This document shows, in pieces, positions 36,749-45,984 of a stretch of DNA of 64,000 nucleotides. Each line of letters opens with the position of its first letter. Position 1 is the stretch's first letter. The notes beneath the pieces are model-generated. The model worked only from the letters and a program-made list of their open reading frames with translations, had not been told where the DNA came from and did not search any database. The DNA is from Spirochaetaceae bacterium. Its GTDB lineage: Bacteria > Spirochaetota > Spirochaetia > Treponematales > Breznakiellaceae. The translations under genes were made by a program, and so were the position numbers. The stretch is taken from positions 23,425-87,424 of the forward strand of contig JAISIL010000054.1 of the NCBI GenBank assembly GCA_031262035.1. Direction: 5' to 3'.

Positions 36749-38190
36749 GGTAAATCACCACCTCTATTTTGTAATGTCTGCCATTCTTCTACAGGCATAA
36801 AGGTAAGCAATGGTGCTCTGTCTTTATCTGTCACCGGTTTCCCATTTACAGCCAACCAGCGGATTTTTGTGGTATCATCAAGGTCATTTGCATTCACGTC
36901 AGAGAAAGTAACTGTTAAAGTATTATTAGGTCCTGTGCCGCCTGTGCACTGTATGCTACTTGTCATGGTTGTAGTAGGGCCGGTAGTAATTGTCCAAGAT
37001 GAACTTGCAGTAAAAGTTTTTCGTCCAAGTATCTTACCCTTGCTGTTTAATAACTCTGCTGTAACGATATAATTTTTATTGCCATTCACAAAAGGCCGCG
37101 TCTTAGTTATATTTTCTTTCGGCCAATCAGGGAGTTTCCAAGCTGTGCGCCTTTTTGTCGCTTCAAGGCCGCGTTGTATGGCGTTTACTGTGTTTGTCAC
37201 AATAGGCGTCCAGTTCATATATTCAACTGCATACACATTAAAACTCATTGGAACAGTTCCTTTTGTATAATCTGTGGCGCCAGGCGTCACATCGGAATAG
37301 ACGATCACATAATACGGAATGTATGTTTTGAAAAAGTCAACAAAATACGCTTCTGCATCTGTCAGAATTTTTATCCAGTCTTTGCGCCAGGCGGCATCGG
37401 CTCGTAAATCCCTCCCTGCATTTCCTGTGTTTATATTCACAACAGGAATTGCTTCTGTTATTGTTCCTGCTAGCCGTGGGTCCAATTGTTTAATCTGTTC
37501 GGTCAAAGCTATAATACCTACGCTGGATGCATTCTGTCTCCGTAATTCTTGCAACTGCGCTGATAGTTCGATTGCTTTTACCTCATTGCTCTCCGTCCCC
37601 AGCAGTGCTTCCTGTTCGCCGCTTGTAAGGCTTATACCCAATTGTGTGATTAAATCCAGAGTGCCTTCTTTTACCGCGGTTAAATAACGGATTGCGTCAA
37701 AACTGTAGCCTCCCTTCAGGAAAGACGCTATCTGTTTCCCACTTTCAACTTCTATCACAGAAAGTTCAAGTGTATAGGATGAACCGTTTTTGCGCAGACT
37801 ACCCTCTACCAGATTCTGTGCCTTCAAGAGGTTACCGGCTTCTATACCGGTATCAGCAAACTGGTCTGTTTCCTGGAGTTTCTGTTCTTCTATTACCGCC
37901 TCTGTATTTGCACTGTCCTCTATACTGAAATCAGTGTAACGCTGAAAGTCCGCCGCTATACTTGCCCGTATCAGCATCTGTAGTTCGGCATCGTCACCGG
38001 TATCAAGTCCTGAACCGTCTATAGGGTTTACGGCAATAGACTTAGCAGAGGCGGTATCGTTTGCAACACCAGAGGACAATGTGTTTCCATCTGTCGTTTC
38101 TGTGGTTATATCAGCATTTGACTGCGAAGCACATGCTGCCACACACAGTACCAGAATCGCACATAACACGACCATAAAGGTACCTTTCAT
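36745..38190 (-). CDS. Lipoprotein paralog of the 35012 gene (CsgG/LpoB/FlgO-like N-terminal domain)
   Basis: Lipobox CVAAC. SIAVNPIDGSG...DFQRYTDFSIEDSANTEAVIEEQK...AGNLLKAQNLVEGSL...LELSVIEV. The C-terminal half aligns with 35012 (WR.DW...PFVNG.K..V.AEL.NS.GK..GRK). Confidence 0.6.
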   Translation of the reverse strand: MKGTFMVVLCAILVLCVAACASQSNADITTETTDGNTLSSGVANDTASAKSIAVNPIDGSGLDTGDDAELQMLIRASIAADFQRYTDFSIEDSANTEAVIEEQKLQETDQFADTGIEAGNLLKAQNLVEGSLRKNGSSYTLELSVIEVESGKQIASFLKGGYSFDAIRYLTAVKEGTLDLITQLGISLTSGEQEALLGTESNEVKAIELSAQLQELRRQNASSVGIIALTEQIKQLDPRLAGTITEAIPVVNINTGNAGRDLRADAAWRKDWIKILTDAEAYFVDFFKTYIPYYVIVYSDVTPGATDYTKGTVPMSFNVYAVEYMNWTPIVTNTVNAIQRGLEATKRRTAWKLPDWPKENITKTRPFVNGNKNYIVTAELLNSKGKILGRKTFTASSSWTITTGPTTTMTSSIQCTGGTGPNNTLTVTFSDVNANDLDDTTKIRWLAVNGKPVTDKDRAPLLTFMPVEEWQTLQNRGGDLP

Positions 38191-38208
38191 AATCTTTCAT
38201 CTCCTTTA

Positions 38209-39255
38209 TTATCTTTTAATACGAAAATTATTCTCCAGTTGAGTCATCAGCGTCTTTCTGATTTCTTCTGCCATAGCATTATAAGCACGCCGTTTTGCAA
38301 CATCAGGATCATAAGCCCCGCCTATTCGCTGCATCGAAACGGAATATACCGCAAGAGGTTCTTTGTTTTCCGTATCTCCTGTATGGTAAACTGCCGCATT
38401 TATCACCGGTGAATAAGAGGTAACTTCAGTCCCGCTTATATTTTCTTCTATACTGCACTTTAGAATATAAGAGGCAGCACTTTCCTGCACTCCAGCCCGA
38501 AATCCGGCATCGTTTAAAGTTTCGCTAAAAGCTGCTGCAATGACGCCGCCATTATCGTTTGTGCAATCAATACTGATCTGCACCTTTCTGGCTGTTTCAC
38601 TTCTGTTTTGCGCAATTGTGCTTATAGTTTCTCTTATATCGGTATAGCCTTTCATCATCTCCGGTGCAAGAATTTCACCAAATGCCATCAGTTGCAGCAA
38701 AGAACCGGTTTCATTTGTATTTTCTGTGTTTTCAGAAAGAGTTGCAGCTCCCAGCATAAAATACTTTTTAAAATTATCCGGCTCGTTTTCTGCTGCACGG
38801 TATAAACTCCGAAAACTGTTTACTTCTTGTTTTAACTGCGGTTCAAAAATTGTCCAGGCTTCGGTGCGGTTGATATACGCCAGTGCCTCCCATTGACCAC
38901 CCGGCCTCTGCCAGGAATCAGCATAATGAGTGGCAAAAAGTTTGACCTGGGATTCAATCAAAGCCTGTGTAACAATGCTCTGCTGTGAACTCGAATGTTC
39001 ATTGTCCTGTGTTAATAGCTGAATGGCCTCTGTTTGGGTGCGCGCCTGGAAACCAAAATATTCTATCATCGCTACACGCGCTGCCAGTTCTGCCTCGACT
39101 CTAGTCTCCCCGCTTCCACGAGTGCTAATATACCTATTCTGGGGATAAACTGAAGTAGGTTCTATCAACCATGCCGGAGGTGTGGAAGAGGGAAGAGATG
39201 CACATCCTGATAATAAAAGCATTACAAAAATAACTAATTTATTACACAACATCAA
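38209..39255 (-). CDS. Lipoprotein, possibly with an LPP20/FlgP-like N-terminal region
   Basis: Lipobox LLLSGC. ...NRYISTRGSGETRVEAELAARVAMIEYFG. The family assignment is tentative. Confidence 0.5.
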   Translation of the reverse strand: MMLCNKLVIFVMLLLSGCASLPSSTPPAWLIEPTSVYPQNRYISTRGSGETRVEAELAARVAMIEYFGFQARTQTEAIQLLTQDNEHSSSQQSIVTQALIESQVKLFATHYADSWQRPGGQWEALAYINRTEAWTIFEPQLKQEVNSFRSLYRAAENEPDNFKKYFMLGAATLSENTENTNETGSLLQLMAFGEILAPEMMKGYTDIRETISTIAQNRSETARKVQISIDCTNDNGGVIAAAFSETLNDAGFRAGVQESAASYILKCSIEENISGTEVTSYSPVINAAVYHTGDTENKEPLAVYSVSMQRIGGAYDPDVAKRRAYNAMAEEIRKTLMTQLENNFRIKR

Positions 39256-39567
39256 TCAACCTTTCCAACAACACTTTTGTTCCAAGTTTAGGTATGGCTC
39301 CGGAACATTCGGCAGCAACAAAGCAGTGATGAAAACCGCCTTGTCTTCTGTTCTAAAACTTTCAGCACTTTTTCTATCACTGCCATATCCGATTTCGGCA
39401 ATGTAGTCATCAGGCGGATAAGCCTTGTCTAAATCAATGCGCCACTCAGGCGCAGCAGATGGCATGGACGATGAGAATGAAGTCACTGACATGGGAACAC
39501 CGGCACAAGAATTGAATATTCCGGCTATGCAAAAAATAAATAAAATCTGATACTGTTTTTTGTTCAT
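39256..39567 (-). CDS. Small lipoprotein
   Basis: 103 aa, lipobox IFNSC. Its start abuts the upstream stop and its stop abuts the downstream start, with no gap on either side. Confidence 0.45.
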   Translation of the reverse strand: MNKKQYQILFIFCIAGIFNSCAGVPMSVTSFSSSMPSAAPEWRIDLDKAYPPDDYIAEIGYGSDRKSAESFRTEDKAVFITALLLPNVPEPYLNLEQKCCWKG

Positions 39568-40821
39568 TTATGCCAATACCTCCAGTGTTCTGTCTAGTAT
39601 CACCTTGTTGCCCATAAAAACCCGCAGCCGGTATGTTCCCGGAATCTTGGGCACGAGAAGTCCACTGTCAAAAGATTTGCCTTTTTGCAGATTAAAAGTT
39701 TGCTGTATGCTCTCCTGTGCTTCCGGAAGGGACGTTTCCATACTCAATTCATAACGGAACATTCCGCCGCTGTCCAGATTGTTGTGAAAATTCAGTTTAA
39801 GCTGAGAACCTGCCTTAATTGACGCATTCATTTTTCCCACAACGGGTAATTGCGCAGAAAAGTCAAAATCCAGCGGCATAATAGCAGTAGGCGCATAGTC
39901 TGTTTTATTACCGGTAGTCTGACCAACAAATGTCACATATCCCAAAATTCGTTTATTATTGATATATGACGGCTCTGTCTCGACAACACCCCTTTTATCC
40001 GCCGGCCCGTTACTCAACGCTTGAAACCAGGAATTGTTATCTACATATAGCGCCACATGGTTTGGAGTAGAGCCGCCTTCGCTATTCATTACAACAATGT
40101 CACCCGGCTGAACCTGCCCTGCATCGACTTTTTTGCCGTATGCCCATATTGCCGAACTGTTTGACGGAATTGTTATACCCGTTGCGTCTTTATATGCTTG
40201 GGCAATGAACCCGGAACAATCCATGCCTCGCGGGCGCTGGTTCGGTTGGAACGAGATTGGGCGGCCAGGCATTCCCCAAATGTAAGGCACACCCAAATAT
40301 TTTCCAGCAGCACTGACAATCGCTTTCCTGATAGCGCTTGTATCGCTCACCGTTATATCTGCATTGTTATTGCTTGCAGCGATTACGGAAGCATCAGCAG
40401 GCTTGGCTACAGTGCGGGCGCCTCCAATTTTCGGTATAGCCGCCTTGTCGGAAGACGACATTTCCACTATGGTAATACCTTTTACACCAACATCAATACC
40501 CTGTTTTGTATAGCGATTCCCATCAGCATCTATAACCAGGATATCGTAGAGGCGAATATCTTTTGTGGAAGCGTCCAGCAGAAATTGCGCGGAAAGATCG
40601 TGGATGATAGACTTCATGTTTTTTTCCGCCAGCAAATCCGGCTCCCACCAGAGTGAGTCCGAAGGCGATATATACACCTGTGTTATCTGGTCTCCCGGTT
40701 CCAGTGTGTTCTTCACCAGAACAGTAGGATGAGCAAAGAATACCTGCGCATAGAGAGATACAGGTAGAAAAATCGAAAGCGAACACACAAGGGTTAATAA
40801 TAACACACACCTTTTTCTCAT
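39568..40821 (-). CDS. Secreted NlpC/P60-family peptidoglycan endopeptidase with flanking uncharacterised domains
   Basis: Signal peptide. GVPYIWG...GMDCSGFIAQAY (catalytic Cys) ...GDIVVMN...PNHVALYV (His). Confidence 0.75.
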   Translation of the reverse strand: MRKRCVLLLTLVCSLSIFLPVSLYAQVFFAHPTVLVKNTLEPGDQITQVYISPSDSLWWEPDLLAEKNMKSIIHDLSAQFLLDASTKDIRLYDILVIDADGNRYTKQGIDVGVKGITIVEMSSSDKAAIPKIGGARTVAKPADASVIAASNNNADITVSDTSAIRKAIVSAAGKYLGVPYIWGMPGRPISFQPNQRPRGMDCSGFIAQAYKDATGITIPSNSSAIWAYGKKVDAGQVQPGDIVVMNSEGGSTPNHVALYVDNNSWFQALSNGPADKRGVVETEPSYINNKRILGYVTFVGQTTGNKTDYAPTAIMPLDFDFSAQLPVVGKMNASIKAGSQLKLNFHNNLDSGGMFRYELSMETSLPEAQESIQQTFNLQKGKSFDSGLLVPKIPGTYRLRVFMGNKVILDRTLEVLA

Positions 40822-40884
40822 TTTTTTCTCCTTGTGCCCCCCCCCTCGAAATCGGGGGAGGCATTGCTCATAGACATTTTTCAG

Positions 40885-41742
40885 TTACTCTGCCGGCTCT
40901 GTTGTAACTCTTTCCTCCTCCAATGCCGCAGCGGCAGCCTGGTTTGCCCTCTGGAAGGCAGCGGTATCGTCAGCATTCTCAATGAAAGCATCCTCTGAGA
41001 ATTTAATACCATTTGCCGCAATTTCAGACATCATAGAAGAAGTCAACTCTGCCAAGGCTGGGTCTTGTCCCAGATTGTTTTTTATCGCCTCAGTAATTGA
41101 CTGGTCCAGTTTTGCTTTTTCAACCGTGTACATTACATAATAGGTATAAGTATCTGTATATTTATCTTTGACATTCAGGTCGTAGAGTCTGGCTTCCGTC
41201 CAATATTCACCTTCGCGTTTAAGCCCGGTGACCATCGCTGCCATGCTGTTTGAAAGCCGGTTCGAAATCTGTTCGGCAAGGCTTCCCGAACTGGTATCAT
41301 TACTGCTTGACGCTTGGTCGGTTGTGCCCTGCTGGCCTAACTGCACTGCCTGCATTGTGTTCAAAATACCAGAGCGCAGGTAGGTAGCCAGTTGGTTTGT
41401 AATTTCATACGAACGAGCCCAGGTGGTAACAAAAGCAAGATTTGCACCACGCTGAACGGCGATAATAGGGTACACATCCTTGAACTGGGGCATTGCCTGC
41501 ACAGCGCTAATACCTCCGTTTGGACTAACGTAGGTCTTGAGCCAATCTGGCATGTCAGTCAGTTTGAAACCCAAATCCCGGTTCATCCAGTTGATCACAA
41601 CCGTATCCGCTGTTTTCTGCTCTACTCTGCTTAAAGCAGCGTCCGTACTAGATGCTGGAGTAGACGCACACCCAGCAAATCCGATTACCAGAGCGATACA
41701 TATCGCTACACCGAAAGATTTTCTCACCTTTTCCATTTTCAT
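40885..41742 (-). CDS. Hypothetical lipoprotein, first gene of the envelope operon
   Basis: 285 aa, lipobox GFAGC. No recognisable domain. Confidence 0.55.
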   Translation of the reverse strand: MKMEKVRKSFGVAICIALVIGFAGCASTPASSTDAALSRVEQKTADTVVINWMNRDLGFKLTDMPDWLKTYVSPNGGISAVQAMPQFKDVYPIIAVQRGANLAFVTTWARSYEITNQLATYLRSGILNTMQAVQLGQQGTTDQASSSNDTSSGSLAEQISNRLSNSMAAMVTGLKREGEYWTEARLYDLNVKDKYTDTYTYYVMYTVEKAKLDQSITEAIKNNLGQDPALAELTSSMMSEIAANGIKFSEDAFIENADDTAAFQRANQAAAAALEEERVTTEPAE

Positions 41743-41747
41743 TCCTC

Positions 41748-42128
41748 CTATAATATTTTAAACCGCATAAAACGGTCTATTCACCTTAAAAACGAGGACT
41801 TATATTAATATTGCGCGAAATGTATCATATAAAATGAAAGGAAAAATAAAAATAACAACCCACCCAAGCCCCATAGAGCTAGGGCATGGTCCCTGAGTTC
41901 CATCCTTTTTTGCACTTTACATTCTCCTATCGTTTTGAATAATCACATACAGTTGTATAAAATATGATTTATTATACAACATTGAGTGCTACTTGTCAAG
42001 TGTTTTTTAATTTATACTAAAAAAAAATAAAAAAAGAGGTTTTATGGTTAATCAGGTCAATATTGGAGATGTTTTTTCCATCAATTTAAAGAAGTTTCGG
42101 CTTGCAAGAAGGTGGAGTCAGGCAGAAT
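41748..42128. repeat. Divergent promoter/leader + XRE 5' module, copy B (intact)
   Basis: Collinear with 34645-35022. Confidence 0.85.
41952..41980. promoter_or_regulatory. Candidate operator: perfect 9-bp inverted repeat with an 11-nt spacer
   Basis: GTTGTATAA-AATATGATTTA-TTATACAAC, between the divergent lipoprotein operon and the XRE gene. Confidence 0.4.
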
Positions 42129-42367
42129 TAGCCATAAAAACCGATGTTTCAACCCATTATATTGGTTTTCTGGAAAATGCGACACGGTTTCCTTCCTTTG
42201 ATATGATTCAAAGACTCGCTTCCGCTCTTGATATTGACCCAACAGAGCTTTTTCGCAAGGAAATAAACCCTGAAGAATCAATGAAAAACGCACAAAAAAT
42301 CGCCTACAACGATGTCAACAAAGCCCTCACCGACTTCATCTCCACCAAACTCCAGGAACTAAGCTGA
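42044..42367 (+). CDS. XRE-family helix-turn-helix transcriptional regulator
   Basis: 107 aa. ...LKKFRLARRWSQAELAIKTDVSTHYIGFLENATRFPSFDMIQRLASALDIDPTELF. Confidence 0.8.
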   Translation: MVNQVNIGDVFSINLKKFRLARRWSQAELAIKTDVSTHYIGFLENATRFPSFDMIQRLASALDIDPTELFRKEINPEESMKNAQKIAYNDVNKALTDFISTKLQELS

Positions 42368-42391
42368 TAGGGGTTGTCGCTGTCGGCGAAT

Positions 42392-42613
42392 TTAGGCTGC
42401 TACCAGGCCGGTTTTTCTTTTAGGTTTAGCAGTAGGTTTGGCTTGAGCTTTATTCAAGTAGTTTTCGGCTTCATCTAATCTGCGTTGTGCCAGATTCTTT
42501 ACAATATCCGGCGGGAGACAGTCCAGAACAGGCTGCCCCGGAAACCGGAAAACACGACCATCCTTTGCAACAATTTCATCGCGAACCGATGATTTCTTTA
42601 ATGTGTTCAACAT
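42392..42613 (-). CDS. Putative antitoxin partner of BrnT (BrnA-like position)
   Basis: 73 aa, immediately downstream of and overlapping the BrnT-like gene by 38 nt. No RHH motif recognised by eye. Confidence 0.4.
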   Translation of the reverse strand: MLNTLKKSSVRDEIVAKDGRVFRFPGQPVLDCLPPDIVKNLAQRRLDEAENYLNKAQAKPTAKPKRKTGLVAA

Positions 42614-42896
42614 AAACCTTTACCTCTATGGGATCTGCATCCCTAGCCGAAAAAACCCTTATCAATTCACCTCGCAATGTCCACGATACAGTGATATATG
42701 ATAAACCTTTTACACTCCCTGTTGTATTAAAGCGGTCTTCGTCATCTGAATTTTCATCATCAAAAGCTTCAGCTCGAAATGGGTCAAAAAACACCTTAAC
42801 GGCATCCTCAAACTTGATACGATGATTTTTGATGTTTTTAACCGCTTTCTGCCTGTTCCATATAAAACGGTCCAAGTAGATTACATCGTTATGCAC
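42576..42896 (-). CDS. brnT: BrnT-family (DUF497) toxin
   Basis: 106 aa. F.WNRQKAVKNIKNHRIKFEDAVKVFFDP...DEDRF...RVFSARDA matches the DUF497 pattern. Confidence 0.7.
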   Translation of the reverse strand: MHNDVIYLDRFIWNRQKAVKNIKNHRIKFEDAVKVFFDPFRAEAFDDENSDDEDRFNTTGSVKGLSYITVSWTLRGELIRVFSARDADPIEVKVYVEHIKEIIGSR

Positions 42897-43204
42897 ATAT
42901 TTATTATATTATATGTTCTTTTTTTTGTCAATAGCTCTATATCCTTTTGCTCTATATCCTTTCTCAACAATTAAAACTTGAGTCCCCTCCGAAAAGGGTG
43001 GTTTAAACATAGTCGTCAAATTTTGGCAGATACAGTAAAATGGAAATATGTTTAGGAAAAGCGATTCAATAAAAACAAAGGGGTTATGGAGCGGGGACGA
43101 ATGGTTTCTGAGCAAGTGGAGCCAGAAGCTCTATGAGGATGCGGAAGGCTGGGCGCCGAAGTTCCAGCGGGAAGGGGTGGAGCGATAGCCAGTTATATGA
43201 AACA

Positions 43205-43390
43205 ACACGGTTTCCTTCCTTTGATATGATTCAAAGACTCGCTTCCGCCCTTGATATTGACCCAACAGAGCTTTTTCGCAAGGAAATAAACCCTGAAGAA
43301 TCAATGAAAAACGCACAAAAAATCGCCTACAATGATGTTAACAAAGCCCTCACCGACTTCATCTCCACCAAACTCCAGGAACTAAGCTGA
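43205..43390 (+). pseudogene. Second copy of the 3' two-thirds of the XRE gene (no promoter or 5' end)
   Basis: 43205-43395 is near-identical (a few substitutions) to 42182-42372. The track ORF 43133-43390 is a chimera with unrelated upstream sequence. Confidence 0.7.
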
Positions 43391-43421
43391 TAGGGCTAAA
43401 GCCCTACGCGGATATATACAA

Positions 43422-43522
43422 AACCACGAATATACACGAATCCGCCTATGGCGGACACGAATTTTTAATACAAATCATAGATTATTCGTGTCGGCGAAGC
43501 CGATTTGTGTTCATTCGTGGTT
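43422..43522. repeat. CACGAAT-heptamer palindromic element, copy 4
   Basis: AACCACGAATATACACGAAT-CCGCCTATGGCGGA-CACGAAT...ATTCGTG-TCGGCGAAGCCG-ATTTGTGTTCATTCGTGGTT. Confidence 0.85.
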
Positions 43523-43570
43523 GTAAATTTTTAAATGATTTTGCCCTGATCCTCTCTGTAGAGGGCAAAC

Positions 43571-44200
43571 TTATTTAAAGTAAACTTCTACCGGGGTATC
43601 GGGGAAGTCTTCATTTTGTTCGTTGTTAATAGCAACATAAGGTCCAATATAAGGATGGTTATAACTGCTATCAGTCCATGTGTCTGTTTCCTCATCATTG
43701 AAGGAAAGAATAAAAGTATCATCGGTTTTCACCACTTTTATTTTATTTACCTTGTTATACCCTTTTTCAATAGTATCGCTTTCTGTCCAGCCATTATCAT
43801 TCGCAGGGTCTGTGTTTTCAGTATCTATTGTAGTTTGTTCTGTGCTGTTCCGTTTTGCAACACGATAATAACCTGTAGTAGTTATCATTACAAGATAATA
43901 TTCACCACTGTTATTATCTGCACAAAAAATCATTCCATAGCCTGTGTTGCTGGCTCCACTTATTTTTTTTACTTCTAACTCATAAGTATCTCCCTCATGC
44001 TGGTAATATCTCCAGAAAGAATAGTCAAAATTTTCCGGATCATTGGTTTTGAATTTGACCCAGCCATCGTTTGTACTGACAAACTCAGTAGTTGAGACGA
44101 CTGGACTCCCATCCCCGTCTGGCGGGCAGGCGGTGAGCATGAACGAAATGCCGACCAGTAGGGCGGCAATACCGGCGATAAAACTTTTAGATTTTTTCAT
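43571..44200 (-). CDS. Hypothetical lipoprotein
   Basis: 209 aa, lipobox MLTAC. AT-rich gene. Confidence 0.6.
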   Translation of the reverse strand: MKKSKSFIAGIAALLVGISFMLTACPPDGDGSPVVSTTEFVSTNDGWVKFKTNDPENFDYSFWRYYQHEGDTYELEVKKISGASNTGYGMIFCADNNSGEYYLVMITTTGYYRVAKRNSTEQTTIDTENTDPANDNGWTESDTIEKGYNKVNKIKVVKTDDTFILSFNDEETDTWTDSSYNHPYIGPYVAINNEQNEDFPDTPVEVYFK

Positions 44201-44279
44201 ATAAAAATCCTCCTATATATTGTTACTATGTGTAGTAACTTTGTATGGCTGGATAAGACATTAAAATATGAGATGAGAA

Positions 44280-44335
<56 letters not shown>

Positions 44336-44436
44336 CCTTCTCATTTTATCATAAAACATACAGATATTATATCACATGTTTTACGTTTTGTCAAGTTTTT
44401 TTTTCTACGGAAGAAAAAAAAATTTTAATCTATACT

Positions 44437-44462
44437 ACCAAACTCCAGGAACTAAGCTGATA
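44437..44462 (+). repeat. Third copy of the last 26 nt of the XRE gene, fused directly to a promoter-like TTTTAATCTATACT
   Basis: ACCAAACTCCAGGAACTAAGCTGATA also occurs at 42345-42370 and 43368-43393. Confidence 0.8.
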
Positions 44463-44505
44463 AAAACTATTGACCAAATATTTATCCTCTATTATAATAT
44501 CCTAT

Positions 44506-45984
44506 ATGACGGCTGAATATATACGGAAACTTCTTAAAGACGGTGAAGGTTTTACTGTTGAATTTAAGAAGTGTAAAGACGAAATACAAGGCAGTGTTTA
44601 TGAAACAGTGTGTGCTTTCTCAAATAAATATGGTGGTCATATCCTTTTGGGAGTAGACGATAATGGGAAAATAGCAGGGGTAAACCCAAAAGCTGTCTTA
44701 AACATGAAGCGCAGTTTTGTAACTACTTTAAATAATCCGCAAAAGATTTCGCCACCCATGTATTTACAGTTGGAAGATATAGAAATTGATGGGAAAATAA
44801 TACTTTATATCTATGTGCCGGTTGGTTCGCTTGTTCAAACCTGTAAAGGACGGCTTTACGACAGAACTATCGAAGCCGATATTGACATAACAACGAACCA
44901 GAACCTTGCCAGGGATTTATACAACAGAAAAGCAAATGTATTTACTGAAAGAAAGGTCTTCCCCTATCTGGACGAAAGTGAATTGCTTATCAAAGAACTT
45001 ATGCCCCGTGTCAGAATCAGGGCACAAATGCGCAATACCGAGCATCCTTGGCTGAATATGAACGATATGGACATAATGCGAAGTGCAAATCTTTTGGAAA
45101 CTGATCGCAAAACAAAAAAAGAACATTTTAACATGGCTGCGGTTTTGCTGTTTGGAAAAGAGCAGACGATTTTCTCCTGCTGCCCCGGTTATATTACCGA
45201 TTGTATTTTACGGAAGGTAAACCTTGACCGCTATGATGATCGCCTCATGGTTCGTATAAATTTAATAGATGCTTTTGACCAGATTATAAGTTTTATTCAA
45301 AAACACACTCCTGACCCATTCTATATGGAAGGAACTGAGGCAATAAGCATCCGCGATAAGATAGCGAGGGAACTGGTGAGTAACAGTCTATCGCATCGGG
45401 AATATGAAACGACAAGATCAGCACGAATCATCATAGAAAAGGATAGAATATATGCCGACAACTGGAACCGTTCTAACTTTTTTGGTGAACTTAACCCAAA
45501 TGCCTTTACTCCCGAACCGAAAAACCCAATTATCTCAAAATTTTTTGTAAACATTATGTATGCCGAAAGCCTTGGTTCTGGTATGCGCAATCTCTATAAA
45601 TATGTTCCGCTCTATGCCAATGGGAAAAATCCCGAACTTATAGAGGGTGATATGTTTACAACAATTATTCCGCTTCCGGGTTTGGAAAACGCAAGCGATA
45701 AAGTTGCCGATAAAGTTGCCGATAAAGTTGCCGATAAAGTTGCCGATAAAAGTATTACCCGAACCTTGACCTCTGCTGAAAAAGCATTTATGAAGACATT
45801 AAGTGATTATTTTATTGAAAACGAATGGCTAAACAATTCCATTGCCTGTGAACTTTCAGGAATAGCGGTAGGCAGTGTCAAACGCTACCTGCACAATCTG
45901 ACTGTAAAAGGAGCGCTCGAAGCAGAAGGCGAAAACAAAGCAAGACGATATCGGCTTGCCATCGGGTTAAGCCCTCCCCCCTAA
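44506..45984 (+). CDS. Schlafen/AlbA_2-domain + HATPase_c_4-like putative regulator ('RecG-like' annotation class)
   Basis: EGFTVEFKKCKDEI...VCAFSNKYGGHILLGVDDNGKIAGV, then ARELVSNSLSHREY and a C-terminal wHTH-like tail. The ATG at 44506 is preferred. Confidence 0.65.
   Translation: MTAEYIRKLLKDGEGFTVEFKKCKDEIQGSVYETVCAFSNKYGGHILLGVDDNGKIAGVNPKAVLNMKRSFVTTLNNPQKISPPMYLQLEDIEIDGKIILYIYVPVGSLVQTCKGRLYDRTIEADIDITTNQNLARDLYNRKANVFTERKVFPYLDESELLIKELMPRVRIRAQMRNTEHPWLNMNDMDIMRSANLLETDRKTKKEHFNMAAVLLFGKEQTIFSCCPGYITDCILRKVNLDRYDDRLMVRINLIDAFDQIISFIQKHTPDPFYMEGTEAISIRDKIARELVSNSLSHREYETTRSARIIIEKDRIYADNWNRSNFFGELNPNAFTPEPKNPIISKFFVNIMYAESLGSGMRNLYKYVPLYANGKNPELIEGDMFTTIIPLPGLENASDKVADKVADKVADKVADKSITRTLTSAEKAFMKTLSDYFIENEWLNNSIACELSGIAVGSVKRYLHNLTVKGALEAEGENKARRYRLAIGLSPPP
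45697..45750 (+). repeat. In-frame 12-bp tandem repeat (GATAAAGTTGCC x4.5), encoding (DKVA)4DK
   Basis: Read directly from the sequence, inside the 44506 CDS. Confidence 0.95.

Noticed and set aside
43133-43204. 5' part of the 85-aa ORF 43133-43390
   Set aside because: It is a chimeric frame. GC-rich unrelated sequence is joined to the duplicated XRE 3' end, and there is no HTH N-terminus. It is treated as a pseudogene fragment.
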